Of a DNA stretch of 40,042 bases, positions 23,030 through 35,396 are shown piece by piece. Under the pieces are notes generated by a model that ran no database searches, was not told the DNA's origin, and saw nothing but the letters and a program-made list of their open reading frames with translations. A program made the translations under genes and the position numbers. How positions within the stretch are numbered: the first letter of the stretch is position 1; each line of letters begins with the position of its first letter. Location: the NCBI RefSeq assembly GCF_004010195.1, contig NC_057757.1, positions 5,900,693 through 5,940,734 of the forward strand, read 5' to 3'. The DNA is from Chiloscyllium plagiosum. Taxonomy: Eukaryota.

Positions 23030-23805
23030 GGAAGGGGCACAGGGACGGGCTGGCGGTGAGGGGTGTAGGGACAGGCTGAAGGTGTGGAAGGGGCGTAGGG
23101 ATGGGCTGAGGTGGGGGGAAGGGGTGTAGGGACGGACTGAGGTGGGGGAAGGGGTGTATGGACGNNNNNNNNNNNNNNNNNNNNNNNNNNNNNNNNNNNN
23201 NNNNNNNNNNNNNNNNNNNNNNNNNNNNNNNNNNNNNNNNNNNNNNNNNNNNNNNNNNNNNNNNNNNNNNNNNNNNNNNNNNNNNNNNNNNNNNNNNNNN
23301 NNNNNNNNNNNNNNNNNNNNNNNNNNNNNNNNNNNNNNNNNNNNNNNNNNNNNNNNNNNNNNNNNNNNNNNNNNNNNNNNNNNNNNNNNNNNNNNNNNNN
23401 NNNNNNNNNNNNNNNNNNNNNNNNNNNNNNNNNNNNNNNNNNNNNNNNNNNNNNNNNNNNNNNNNNNNNNNNNNNNNNNNNNNNNNNNNNNNNNNNNNNN
23501 NNNNNNNNNNNNNNNNNNNNNNNNNNNNNNNNNNNNNNNNNNNNNNNNNNNNNNNNNNNNNNNNNNNNNNNNNNNNNNNNNNNNNNNNNNNNNNNNNNNN
23601 NNNNNNNNNNNNNNNNNNNNNNNNNNNNNNNNNNNNNNNNNNNNNNNNNNNNNNNNNNNNNNNNNNNNNNNNNNNNNNNNNNNNNNNNNNNNNNNNNNNN
23701 NNNNNNNNNNNNNNNNNNNNGGTGCAGGGACGGGCTGGGGGGGGGGGGGAAGGGGTGTAGGGACGGGCTGAGTGGGGTGTGGAAGGGGTGCAGGAACGGG
23801 CTGTG
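23030..23805 (+). repeat. G-rich ~30-bp minisatellite spanning a gap
   Basis: Unit approximately ggggtgtagggacgggctgaggtggggggaa, present on both sides of the N run. Confidence 0.85.
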
Positions 23806-24141
23806 TTTGCGTGGCCGGACGTTGGGATGAGTGGGTGGTTTGCTCGGTACTACGCACTGGTTTAGTGATCGGTTTATCAGACTGTCTGTCTGTGATTGCC
23901 CTCACAGTTTCATTTTCGATGTGATAAGGTGGGGTTCGAGGGTCATCCTGTTGAACGGCTGGGCTCTGTGGTTCCGGCTTTGCCATCCCCTTTTCCCTGT
24001 AAACTGCTGTTTCTTGTAAACTGTTTGCCTCATTGTTCCCTGTTAGTTTGTAATTTGTACTGGTTAATAAAACTTTTTAAAACATCAACCAAAAATACCA
24101 ACAGGAGAAGTCAGAGGTTCTGCTCAGTCTGAGGAAACCGG

Positions 24142-24541
24142 ACCATGGTCAAGTACAATAAAGGGTGACTTGCTGAGGGGAGAGCACCTCTGTGGAGTTA
24201 ATTCAGTTACCAACTGCATCTGACACCTCGCCACGTGGGGACATAAAAGGAATACGGCCCCTTCTACCTCTCACATTAACTTGCTAGTAAGACCTCTCAA
24301 AACTGTTCATGATTGGGCACTCAGATTTATTCCTCTCCCTTCCCCCAGAAGTCTTCATTATTCCTTGCATCTAACGCCCAGAGAGGACGTCTTACTAGCA
24401 AGTTAATGTGAGAGGTGGAGGGGGCCATATGCCCTTTATGTCCCCCATGTGGCGAGGTGTCAGATGCAGTTGGTAACTGAATTAACTCCACAGAGGTGCT
24501 CTCCCCTCAGCAAGTCACCCTTTAGTGTACTTGACTGTGGT
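24142..24541. repeat. Long inverted repeat (foldback / MITE-like)
   Basis: Arms 24142-24298 and 24381-24541 are near-perfect reverse complements around an 82-nt spacer. Confidence 0.9.
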
Positions 24542-24572
24542 ATGATCCAATGGAGAGGCCCCACTTAGTTGA

Positions 24573-24720
24573 CAGGCGAGAGTGATCACTGCAGATGCTG
24601 GAGACTGGAGTCAAGATTAGAGTGTGGTGCTGGAAAAGCACAGCAGGTCAGGCAGCATCTGAGGAGCAGGAAGATCGGGGGTCCTGGTGAAGGGCTTTTG
24701 CCCGAGCACCACTCTAATCT
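24573..24720. mobile_element. 148-bp Penelope-like insertion
   Basis: Flanked by the 13-bp direct repeat cccacttagttga (24560-24572, 24721-24733), with an internal inversion. Confidence 0.75.
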
Positions 24721-25830
24721 CCCACTTAGTTGATGCCTGATACCATGAGGAGGCCCCTCAAGCCAGTTCCCCGTTCAATGAGATCACTCAGATAACCCAA
24801 AAATCATGAAGCAGTTGTTCCTTATTCCACTGGGCATCTCAACAGAAATGAAGGGAAAATAAGGATAAAGAAGGAATTATTTACAGTACATACATGGAAT
24901 GAAGCCTGAGGCCTACATTGCATGCGAAATCATTTGTCTCCCATCGGCCCTGTTTCCACTAAAGGTACCCTTTTCTTTCAGGGTTGGCCAGTTTGCCTGC
25001 TCCAGGTTCCCTCCCTTGTCCAGTTGTGGTATGTTTGCACGTTCCGGTAAACACAGCCGTAGTTTGTGTTCACTCTCTTTGCAAATTAACCCTTGCTGTC
25101 CAGGGAGCACCGATGGACTGCCCTCGCTCCAAGACCCTTTCAAACAGCTCCCTTCCCTTTGGAGGCAATTCTGGATTTGGTTTCCCCGTTTCGTGTTCTG
25201 ATCAGACGTTTCCCAAAAACCCGCCGTTTTCGAAAAGATCTCGAACCCTGTCGGAAATAAAGGTTCGTGTCGCTAAAGCTTTGGGCCGTGTCTTCATCAG
25301 GACAAATGCAAGAACGCCAAGTTTCCAACCTTCCCAATTCGACGGGAAGAGAAGCTGCTGATTGGTCAGTAAGTCAATTCTGATTGACTGAGACATCGCT
25401 GCGGAGAAAGTTATTTAAAAGGTCATTTAAAACAAGCGTGCACTGCCTGAATTTATTTGCAGAAAGGGGAATGTTTCTTACTTCTGGCAAAATCTAGGAA
25501 ATCTGGTATTCCTTTTGTCCTGATGAGTGCAAGACGTTAAAAGCTTTGTTCAGCAATAAATCCTTTGGAGCTGATGATTTGTAAATGGATGTCTTCCCAG
25601 TTTCTGTCTTGGCCAATCAGAGCAATGGTTTTTGGACTGATTCATGTCCACACAACCCCCTTGTCACCTTAAATGCACAGCATTACTATGACGCAGACAG
25701 AGACCAATCAGCCCATCTGTTCTGCACTGGCTTTCTGAGCATCTTACTATCTATGGTGACTCGTTAACATCGTTCATTCTAATGAGAGCAACCCCAGTCA
25801 TACTTGGCACAATTAATGCCTCTCATCCCA

Positions 25831-26140
25831 GGTGGCCCAGTGGTTAGCACGGCTGCCTCACAGCGCCAGGGACCCGGGTTCGATTCCAGCCTCTGGCAGA
25901 CTGTCTGTGTGGAGTTTGTACATTCTCCCTGTGTCTGCGTGGGTTTCCTCCAGGTGCTCCGGTTTCCTGCCACAGTCCAAAGATGTGCAGGTTTGGGTGA
26001 ATTGGCCATGCTAAATTGCCGAAAGTGTTAGGTGAAGGGGTAAATGTAGGGGAATGGGTCTGGGTGGGTTGCTCTTCGGAGGGTCAGTGTGGACTTGTGG
26101 GGCTGAAGGGCCTGTTTCCACACTGGAGGGAATCTAATCT
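25831..26140 (+). mobile_element. HE1-type V-SINE
   Basis: Head, V domain and aatctaatct tail. Confidence 0.95.
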
Positions 26141-26480
26141 CATTCCCACCTTGACATATCCTTCCAGAACCGAGGCAGTAAAGGATGAATAAGGTTCAAA
26201 GTGAGGTCAACTCGATAATTTGTACAGGCTTCATGCCACCACTCTGATTTTGAATTCTGCGCTCCTGTTTGTAAAAAACTAACTCAACTCCAAAACACTT
26301 GTAGACACTTTTTTTAAACACCTTTCCAAACTTTCTCACACCAGGAATTGGAGATCAAACGCCCCTGGGGAAAGAGGAGTCTCTCCTTCCAGAGGAAGAT
26401 TCACCTCAAGCAGCCATTATTAGCTGATAGCATCAACATTGTTCACCAAGGAGATTTCCACAAAGAGTTTTCCCATTTAG

Positions 26481-27207
26481 CATGGTATACTTAGTAAGTT
26501 GGCAGATGACACCAACATTGGAGGTGTAGTGGACAGCGAAGAGGGTTACCTCAGATTACAACAGGATCTGGACCAGATGGGCCAATGGGCTGAGAAGTGG
26601 CAGATGGAGTTTAATTCAGATAAATGCGAGGTGCTGCATTTTGGGAAAGCAAATCTTAGCAGGACTTATACACTTAATGGTAAGGTGCTAGGGAGTGTTG
26701 CTGAACAAAGAGACCTTGGAGTGCAGGTTCATAACTCCTTGAAAGTGGAGTCGCAGGTAGATAGGATAGTGAAGGAGGCCTTTGGTATGCTTTCCTTTAT
26801 TGGTCAGAGTATTGAGTACAGGAGTTGGAAGGTCATGTTAGAGGTTTACAAAATCATGAGAGGCATGGATAGGATAAAGTCTTTTCATTGGGGTGGGGGA
26901 GTCCAGAACTAGAGGGCATAGGTCTAGGGTGAGAGGGGAAAGATATAAAAGAGACCTAAGGGGCAACTTTTTCACACAGAGGGTGGTACGTGTATGGAAT
27001 GAGCTGCCAGAGGAAGTGGTGGAGGCTGGTACAATTGCGACATTTAAGAGGCATTTGGATGGGTATATGAATAGGAAGGGTTTGGAGGGATATGGGCCGG
27101 GCTGGCAGGTGGGATTAGATTGGGTTGGGATATCTGGTCGGCATGGACGGGTTGGACTGAAGGGTCTGTTTCCATGCTGTACATGCTGTCCTCTATGACT
27201 CTATGAC
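26481..27207 (+). mobile_element. CR1 LINE 3' portion with an internal deletion
   Basis: ADDTNIGG..WAEKWQMEFNSDKCEVLHFG. Near 26839 it jumps from VML to EVYK relative to the copy at 3459. Confidence 0.95.
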
Positions 27208-27282
27208 CTCCAATAACAGTCAAGGCATTTGTGAGGTTTATGGAGGGTGAGAACTAGTGAGCTCCTGTGATAGTTGCTTTAC

Positions 27283-27481
27283 CTTCTATGAGTTTGGGAA
27301 GGAAGTGTGCAGCCCTCTTCGTTTTCTTCACCCTGTTGCCTTTCATGATCTCCCCTTCCTTGTTGATGCCGAGGTACCAGGACCGACCAGATTCTCGTTG
27401 TCGGTACAGGACTGAAGAGTATGTCACATAGTAATTCTCAAATACGGACTCTTTGAACTTGCATTCAGGTGTGAAGTGCTC
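27283..27481 (-). CDS. FGF11: Penultimate coding exon of an intracellular FGF / FHF gene (FGF11-like)
   Basis: 199-nt exon bounded by ...ctctgcag and gtaaag. Manual translation gives [66 protein letters not shown] plus 1 nt, the FGF11-14 core. [15 protein letters not shown](I/L)E fits FGF11 best, since FGF12-14 have FLPKP. Confidence 0.9.
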
Positions 27482-27589
27482 CTGCAGAGTTTAAAACAAG
27501 AGTAACTTTGCTTTCTGAGCTCTCAAGTCGCGACCTTCACCATCACTTCCTCTTCGAGTTTTGGATCCGATTTATGGAATAGTCAAACT

Positions 27590-30500
27590 CTCAGGCTTCT
27601 CAGTCTCTCTCACACACTCACAGGCCTCACTGTCTCTCTCACTCTCACAGGCCTCACTGTCTCTCTCACTCTCACAGGCCTCACTGTTTCTCTCACTCTC
27701 ACAGGCCTCTCTGTCCCTCTCACACACTGACAGGCCTCACTGTGTCTCTCACACTCACAGACCTCACTCTTTCTCTCACACTGACAGGCCTCATTGTTTT
27801 TCTCACACTCACAGACCTCACTGTTTCTCTCACACTCACAGGCCTCTCTGTCTCTCTCACATGCTCACAGGCCTCACTGTCTTTCTCAAATACTCACAGG
27901 CCTCACTGTCATTCTAACACTGACAGGCCTCACTGTCTCTCTCACACTCACAGGACTCACTGTGTCTCTCACACACACAGGCCTCACTGTTTCTCTCACA
28001 CTCACAGGCCTCTCTGTCCCTCTCACACTCACAGGCCTCACTGTCTTTCTCAAATACTCACAGGCCTCACTGTCCCTCTAACACTGACAGGCCTCACTGT
28101 CTCTCTCACACTCACAGGCCTCACTGTCTCTCTCACACTCACAGGCCTCACTGTCCCTCTAACACTAACAGGCTTCACTGTCTCTCTCTCACACTCACAG
28201 ACCTCATTGTTTCTCTCACAATTAGAGGCCTCACTGTCCCTCACACACTCACAGGCCTCACTGTCCCTCTCACGCACTGACAGGCCTCACTGTCTCTCTC
28301 ACACACTCACAGGCCTCACTGTCTCTCTCACACACTCACAGACCTCACTGTCTCTCTCACACACTCACAGACCTCACTGTCTCTCTCACACACTGACAGA
28401 CCTCACTGTCTCTCTCACACACTGACAGGCCTCACTGTCTTTCTCTCACACACTGACAGGCCTCACTGTCCCTCTCACACACTGACAGGCCTCACTGTCT
28501 CTCTCACACACTGACAGGCCTCACTGTCTCTCTCACACACTCACAGATCTCACTGTCTCTCACATACTGACAGGCCTCACTGTCTCTCTCACACACTCAC
28601 AGGCCTCACTGTCTCTCTCACAGGCCTCACTGTCTCTCTCACATACTGACAGGCCTCACTGTCTCTCTCACACACTCACAGGCCTCACTGTCTCTCTCAC
28701 AGGCCTCACTGTGTCTCTCACACACTGACAGACCTCACTGTCTCTCGCAAACGCTGACAGACCTCACTGCCCCTCTCACACTCACAGGCCTCACTGTCCC
28801 TCTCACAGATGCACTGGACTCACTGTCCCTGTCACACTGATAGGCCTCACTATCCCTCACTATTGCAGACCTCACTGTCTCTCCTACACAATGACAGGCC
28901 TCATTGTCTCTCTCACACAATGACAGGCCTCACTGTCTCTCTCACACACTCACAGACCTCACTGTCCCTCCCATACTGACGGGCCTCACTGTCTGTCTCA
29001 CACACTCACCGGCTTCACTGCCTCTCTCACACACTGACAAACCTCACTGTCTCTCTCACGCACTGACAGACCTCACTGTCTCTCTCACACACTGACAGAC
29101 CTCACTGTCTCTCTCACACACTGACTGGCCTCACTGTCCCTCTCTCACACACTGACAAACCTCACTGTCTCTCCTACACAATGACAGGCCTCACTGTCTC
29201 TCTCACACAATGACGGGCCTCACTGTCTGTCTCACACACTCACAGGCCTCACTGTCCCTCTTACACACTGACAGGCCTCACTGTCTCTCTCACGCACTCA
29301 CAGATCTCACTGTCCCTCTCTCACACTCACAGGCCTCACTGTCTCTCTCAGATGCTGACAGGCCTCACTGTCTCTCTCAGATGCTGACAGGCCTCACTGT
29401 CTCTCTCACGCACTGACAGGCCTCACTGTCTCTCTCACACACTCACAGGCCTCACTGTCCCTCTCTCACACTCACAAACGTCACTGTCTCTCTCACGCAC
29501 TGACAGGCTTCACTGTCCCTCCCACACTGACGGGCCTCACTGTCTCTCTCACGCACTCACAGATCTCACTGTCTCTCTCACACACTCACAGGCCTCACTG
29601 TCCCTCTCTCACACTCACAAACGTCACTGTCTCTCTCACGCACTGACAGGCTTCACTGTCTCTCACACACTCACAGGCCTCACTGTCCCTCTCTCACACT
29701 CACAAACGTCACTGTCTCTCTCACGCACTGACAGGCTTCACTGTCTCTTGCAAACGCTGACAGACCTCACTGACCCTCTCACACACTCACAGGCCTCACT
29801 GTCTCTCACACACTCACAGGCCTCACTGTCTCTCTCTCACACTCACAGACCTCACTGTCTCTCACACACACTGACTGGTCTCACTGTCTCTCTCACACAC
29901 TGACAGACCTCACTGTTCCTCTCACACTCACAGACCTCACTGTTTCTCTCATACTCACAGTCCTCACCATCCCTCTCACACTCACAGGCTTCACTGTCCC
30001 TCTCACACTCACAGGCCTCACTGTTTCTCTCATACTCACAGTCCTCACCATCCCTCTCACACTCACAGGCCTCAATGTCCCTCTCACACACGCACAGGCC
30101 TCACTGTCCCTGTCACTCTGAAAGGCCTCACTATCCCTCACTATCTCAGGCCTCACTGTCTCTCTCACACACTGACAGACCTCATTGTCCCTCTCACAGT
30201 CACAGGCCTCACTGTCTCTCTCACACTCATAGACATCATTGTCCCTCTCACACTCACAGGCCTCACTGTCTCTCTCACACTCACAGGCCTCACTGTCCCT
30301 CTCACACACTCACAGACTTCACTGTCTCTCCCACACTCACGGGCCTCACTGTCTCTCTCACACACTCACAGGCTTCACTGTCCCTCTCACACACTCGCAG
30401 GCCTCACTGTCTCTCTCACACACTCACAGACCTCACTGTCCCTTTCACACACTCACGGGCCTCACTGTCTCTCTCACACACTCACAGGCTTCACTGTCCC

Positions 30501-32000
30501 TCTCACACACTCACAGGCCTCACTGTCTCTCTCACACTCACAGGCCTCACTGTCTCTCTCTCACACTTACGGGCCTCACTGTCCCTCTCACACACTGACA
30601 GGCCTCAGTGTCTCTCTCACACTCACAGACCTCACTGTCTCTCTCACACACTGACAGGCCTCACTGTTTCTCTCACACACTGACAGGCGTCACTGTCCCT
30701 CTCACACACTGACAGACCTCACTGTCTCTCACACACACTCACAGGCCTCACTTTCTCTCTCTCACACTCACAGACCTCACTGTCTCTCACACACACTCAC
30801 AGGCCTCACTGTCTCTCTCTCACATTGACAGGCCTTACTGTCTCTCTCACACACTGACAGGCCTCATTGTCTCTCACACTCTCACCGACCTCACTATCTC
30901 TCTCACACACTGACAGGCCTCACTGTCCCTCTCTCACACACTCACAGACCTAACTGTCTCTCACATACTGACAGGCCTCACTGTCACTCTCTCACACACT
31001 CACGGACCTAACTGTCTCTCACATACTGACAGGCCTCACTATCTCTCTCACACACTGACAGGCCTCACTGTCCCTCTCTCACACACTCACAGGCCTCACT
31101 ATCTCTCTCACACACTGACAGGCCTCACTGTCCCTCTCTCACACACTCTCTCACACACTGACAGGCCTCACTGTCCCTCTCTCACACACTCACAGGCCTC
31201 ACTACCTCTCTCACATACTGACAGGCCTCACTATCTCTCTCACACACTGACAGACCTCACTGTCTCTCTCACACACTGAAAGGCCTCACTGTCACTCGCA
31301 GATGCTGACAGACCTCACCGTCCCTCTCACACTCACAGGTCTCACTGTCCCTCTCACAGACGCACAGATTTCACTGTCCCTCTCACACACGCACAGGCCT
31401 CACTGTCCCTGTCACTCTGATAGGCCTCACTATCACAGGCCTCACTGTCTCTCTCACACACTGACAGACCTCATTGTCCCTCTCACACTCACAGGTTTCA
31501 CTGTCTCTCTCACACTCACAGGCCTCACTGTCTCTCTCACACACTCACAGACCTCACTGTCTCTCTCTCACACTGACAGGCCTCACTGTCTCTCTCACAC
31601 ACTGACAGGCCTCACTGTCCCTCTCACACACACTGACAGACCTCACTGTCTCTCACACACACTCACAGACCTCATTGTCCCTCTCACACTCACAGGTTTC
31701 ACTGTCTCTCTCACACTCACAGGCCTCACTGTCTCTCCGACACTCATGGGTCTCACTGTCCCTCTCACACACTCGCTGGCTTCACTGTCCCTCTCACACA
31801 CTCGCAGGCGTCACTGTCTCTCTCATACACTCACAGACCTCACTGTCCCTTTCTCACTGACAGACCTCACTGTCTCTATCACAAACTGATAGGTCTCACT
31901 GTCTGTCTCTCACTGACAAGCCTCAGTGTATCTCTCACACTCACAGGCCTCACTGTCCCTCTCACACTCACAGGCCTCACTGTCCCTCTACATTTCACAG
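27590..32000 (+). repeat. ~4.4-kb minisatellite with ~27-31-bp units
   Basis: Unit approximately cacactcacaggcctcactgtctctct(ca). Confidence 0.97.
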
Positions 32001-32409
32001 ACTGTGTTCGTGGGACATGTAACCCTGTAACATTCAAGCTCAGTTTAATTGAGTACGGGCCTCACAGCCATCACTGGCTTGCAATGGACAGATCCTGTTC
32101 GGCTCACGGGAAAAGTGAGGGAATAGGGGAATGTCAGATAAAATGTGTATTTAAATCCAGAGGAGCAAGAATTAGGCAGATTAACAGCAGCCATCCAGGC
32201 CCTCAATCTGACTCCACAACTTAATTCGGATCGACCTGTGCCTAAATCCATTTACCTGCTTTGACACCATTTTAATTATCCAACAAAATAAAATCCCAGT
32301 ATTAAAATACTTCAGTGACCCCCAGTAACCACAGCCAACCTGGAGGAAGAGATTCAGATTTCTGCTGCTGTTTTTATGAAAAAGCCCTCCTGACTGGCAC
32401 CACATCCAC

Positions 32410-32825
32410 AGGGATCTGCCCACTCCACCCCCCACTGATGCTCAGGAGTGGCAGCGGTGTGTACCATCTACAAGACGCCCTGCAGAAACTCAGCAAAGAT
32501 CCTCAGACAGCACCTTCCAAACCCACGGCCACTTCCAGCTCGAAGGACAGGGGCAGCAGATACATGGGAACACCACGACCTCCAACTTCCCCCTCCAAGT
32601 CCCTCGCCATCCTGACTTGGAAACATATTGCCGTTCCTTCACTGTCGGTCGGTCAAAATCCTGGGATTTCCTCCCAGAGGGCACTGGGGGGCAAACCCAC
32701 AGCTGGTGGACTGCAGCGGTTCAGGAAGGCAGCTCACCCCTACTTTCTCAAAAGGGGCAACTAGGGACGGGCAATAAATGCTGGGCCCAGATAGTGACAC
32801 CCACATCCCACAAAAAAAACAAGTA
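32410..32825 (+). mobile_element. L2/CR1-group LINE 3' end
   Basis: Similar to 2345-2720. Confidence 0.75.
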
Positions 32826-33501
32826 AAAAAGGAAATTTCCGCCAACTTGCAAAACTAAGATCCTTGAAACTATAATGCCAACATTACCATCACTGATGCC
32901 AACCTATAACAACTGCAACACTGTCCGATCTGTTCTTCACAAGCAATTCAGACTGACCTGTCTTATTTTTGGACTCATTCTCATCTCTGTGTCTTGTGTT
33001 ACTTTTTCTTCTTGTGTTTTGCGATCGACAAACTCAGTCGTTTGCTTAATTGAAGCAAGTCTGGTTCGGTTAAGTCGATTCTTGTTTTAAAATGGATGTT
33101 CCTTTGGGACTGGGAGGAAGGCATCCACAAGGCAGGGAATCTTCGAAGGTAATCTTGCTGTGACCAACTACGAGGCCGGGTCAGTCACCAAAGAGAGCCA
33201 GGTCATTACTGCGTCACCCAGGAGCTGAACAGCTTGGAATATCCTGGGGCAGAGCTGTGGCCAATTCGTGAGCCTCACCTGGATTGGTCAGTACAGCTAC
33301 ATTACCCTGAAACGCCCAGGCTCACCCAGGCCTCATATTTCAACCTTTTCTAACTCAGACCAATCTATTACCCCAGGGCCCAGAGCTGAATCCAGGTCCT
33401 CGATAGAGTTGGTCAAATCGGTTATCCAATTTGTATGCAGCCCTTTATAAAAGGCATCCGCTTTTCCGAAGGAACTGGAGACACTTTCCCTTGACAAATG
33501 A

Positions 33502-34150
33502 TTAGATTAGGTTACTTACAGTGTGGAAATAGGCTCTTTGGCCCAACAAGTCCACACCGACCCTCTGAAGGGCAACCCACCCAGTCCCATTCATTTACCC
33601 CTTCACCTGACACTATGGGTAACTTAGCATGGCCAATCAATCCTAACCTGCACATCCCTGGGCACTATGGGTAATTTAGCACGGCCAATCCACCCTAACC
33701 TGCACATCCCTGGGCAGTATGGGTAATTTAGCACGGCCAATCCACTCTAACCTGCACATCCCTGGGCACTATGGGTGATTTAGCACGGCCAATCCACCCT
33801 AACCTGCACATCCCTAGGCAGTATGGGTAATTTAGCACAGCCAATCCACTCTAACCTGTACACCCCTGGGCACTATGGGTAATGTAGCATGCCCAATCCA
33901 CCCTAACCTGCACATCCCTGAGTGCTATGGGTAATTTAGCACAGCCAATCCACTCGAACCTACACATCCCTGGGCACTATGGGTAATTTAGCATGGTCAA
34001 TCCACCCTAACCTGCACATCTTTAGACTGTGGGAGGAAACCCACGCAGACACGGGGAGAATGTGCAAACTCCACACAGGCAGTTGCCTGAGGCGGGAATT
34101 GAACCCAGGTCCCTGGCTTCGTGAGGCAGCAGTGCTAACCACTGGGCCGT
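33502..34150 (-). mobile_element. HE1-type V-SINE with an expanded internal 52-bp array
   Basis: Tail at 33502, head at about 34150, and about 8 tandem 52-bp units at 33608-34021. Confidence 0.93.
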
Positions 34151-34346
34151 AACTGATGCTGAAAGACATTTACATGAGACTAGGAGGAATTCAGCCCAGT
34201 CTGAGGAAGACATAAGGACTGCATTGCTGGTCACAGATGACAAGCTGAGTAAGGTGCAGAAGCACTGACGACACATTACATCGCAGATCGACTATAAATG
34301 AAGGTAGGAGTAATCCTCTTCGTTCTCACAGGAGCCGGTCTTCTGT

Positions 34347-34570
34347 GGGCGGCACGGTGGCACAGTGGTTAGCACTGCTGCCTCNNNNNNNNNNNNNNNN
34401 NNNNNNNNNNNNNNNNNNNNNNNNNNNNNNNNNNNNNNNNNNNNNNNNNNNNNNNNNNNNNNNNNNNNNGTAAATGCAGGGGTATGGGTGGGTTTCGCTT
34501 CGGCGGGTCGGTGTGGACTTGTTGGGCCGAAGGGCCTGTTTCCACACTGTAATGTAATCTAATCTAATCT
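34347..34570 (+). mobile_element. HE1-type V-SINE spanning a gap
   Basis: gggcggcacggtggcacagtggttagcactgctgcctc ... ttccacactgtaatgtaatctaatctaatc. Confidence 0.93.
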
Positions 34571-35007
34571 TCTCTCAGAATTGAAACGAAGCAGAAGGAG
34601 ACCATCACTGCTCTGTTGTGTGTGTGCTCAAGTTCCTCAAACAAACATCATTTTCTAATGATGAAGGCTTTCAAAAGGGAATTGGATAATTATTTTGGTA
34701 GTTGTGCCAGTCTCATGCCTTTTCCTTTTCCCCTGGCACCGCTACCATAACAATCATCCAGTGCCCTGTTGAGTGCCTCACTTGAACTGAGGCAGGTGGC
34801 CTGCAGTGATTCAAGATAGCAGCTCACCTCCATCTTCCCAAGGGGCAACTCAGGACAGGTAATAAATGCTGGGTCAGCCAGCAACACTGACCTCCCTCAA
34901 GTCAATTAAAAAAATCTCCATCTCGTCCAATCAGAGCACACTTGCCAACCAACCAGTTACTCTCTTGCACGATATTGTTAAGAAAAACCTTTACTTTTGG
35001 TATTTTT

Positions 35008-35396
35008 TGTCTCTCACACACATACACACTTACCCACATACACACACACACAGGCACACACATACATACACACACACACTTACCCACATACGCGCACACA
35101 GGGACACACACACAGCTTTATTCAGATGTTTACATATGTATACACACACACATACATTCTCTCTCTGTCTCACACACACACACAGTCTCACACATGCACT
35201 CTCTCTGTCTCTCACACACACATACACTGTCTCACACATGCACACTCTCTCTCTCACACACACACACACTCTCTCTCACACACACACCACACATACACAC
35301 ACTCTCTCTCTCTGTCACACACCACACACTCTCTCTTTCTGTCTCTCTCACACAGTCTCACACATGCACACTCTCACATAGACTGTCTCACACTCA
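35008..35396 (+). repeat. Compound (CA)n/(CT)n microsatellite
   Basis: Directly visible. Confidence 0.95.

Larger units (their letters stand above)
22421..27282 (-). other. Last intron of FGF11-like gene (GT-AG, phase 1, contains an N gap)
   Basis: GT at 27282-27281, AG at 22422-22421, and a candidate branch point CTGAC at 22461-22457. Confidence 0.85.

Noticed and set aside
27561..31889. Long ORFs rich in HTHRPHCLS / LTGLTVS
   Set aside because: These are translations of the minisatellite in several frames and on both strands.
33608..34021. CRISPR-like regular repeats (also 8236-8560 and 36112-37845)
   Set aside because: Units are head-to-tail with no unique spacers, there are no cas genes, and the context is eukaryotic.
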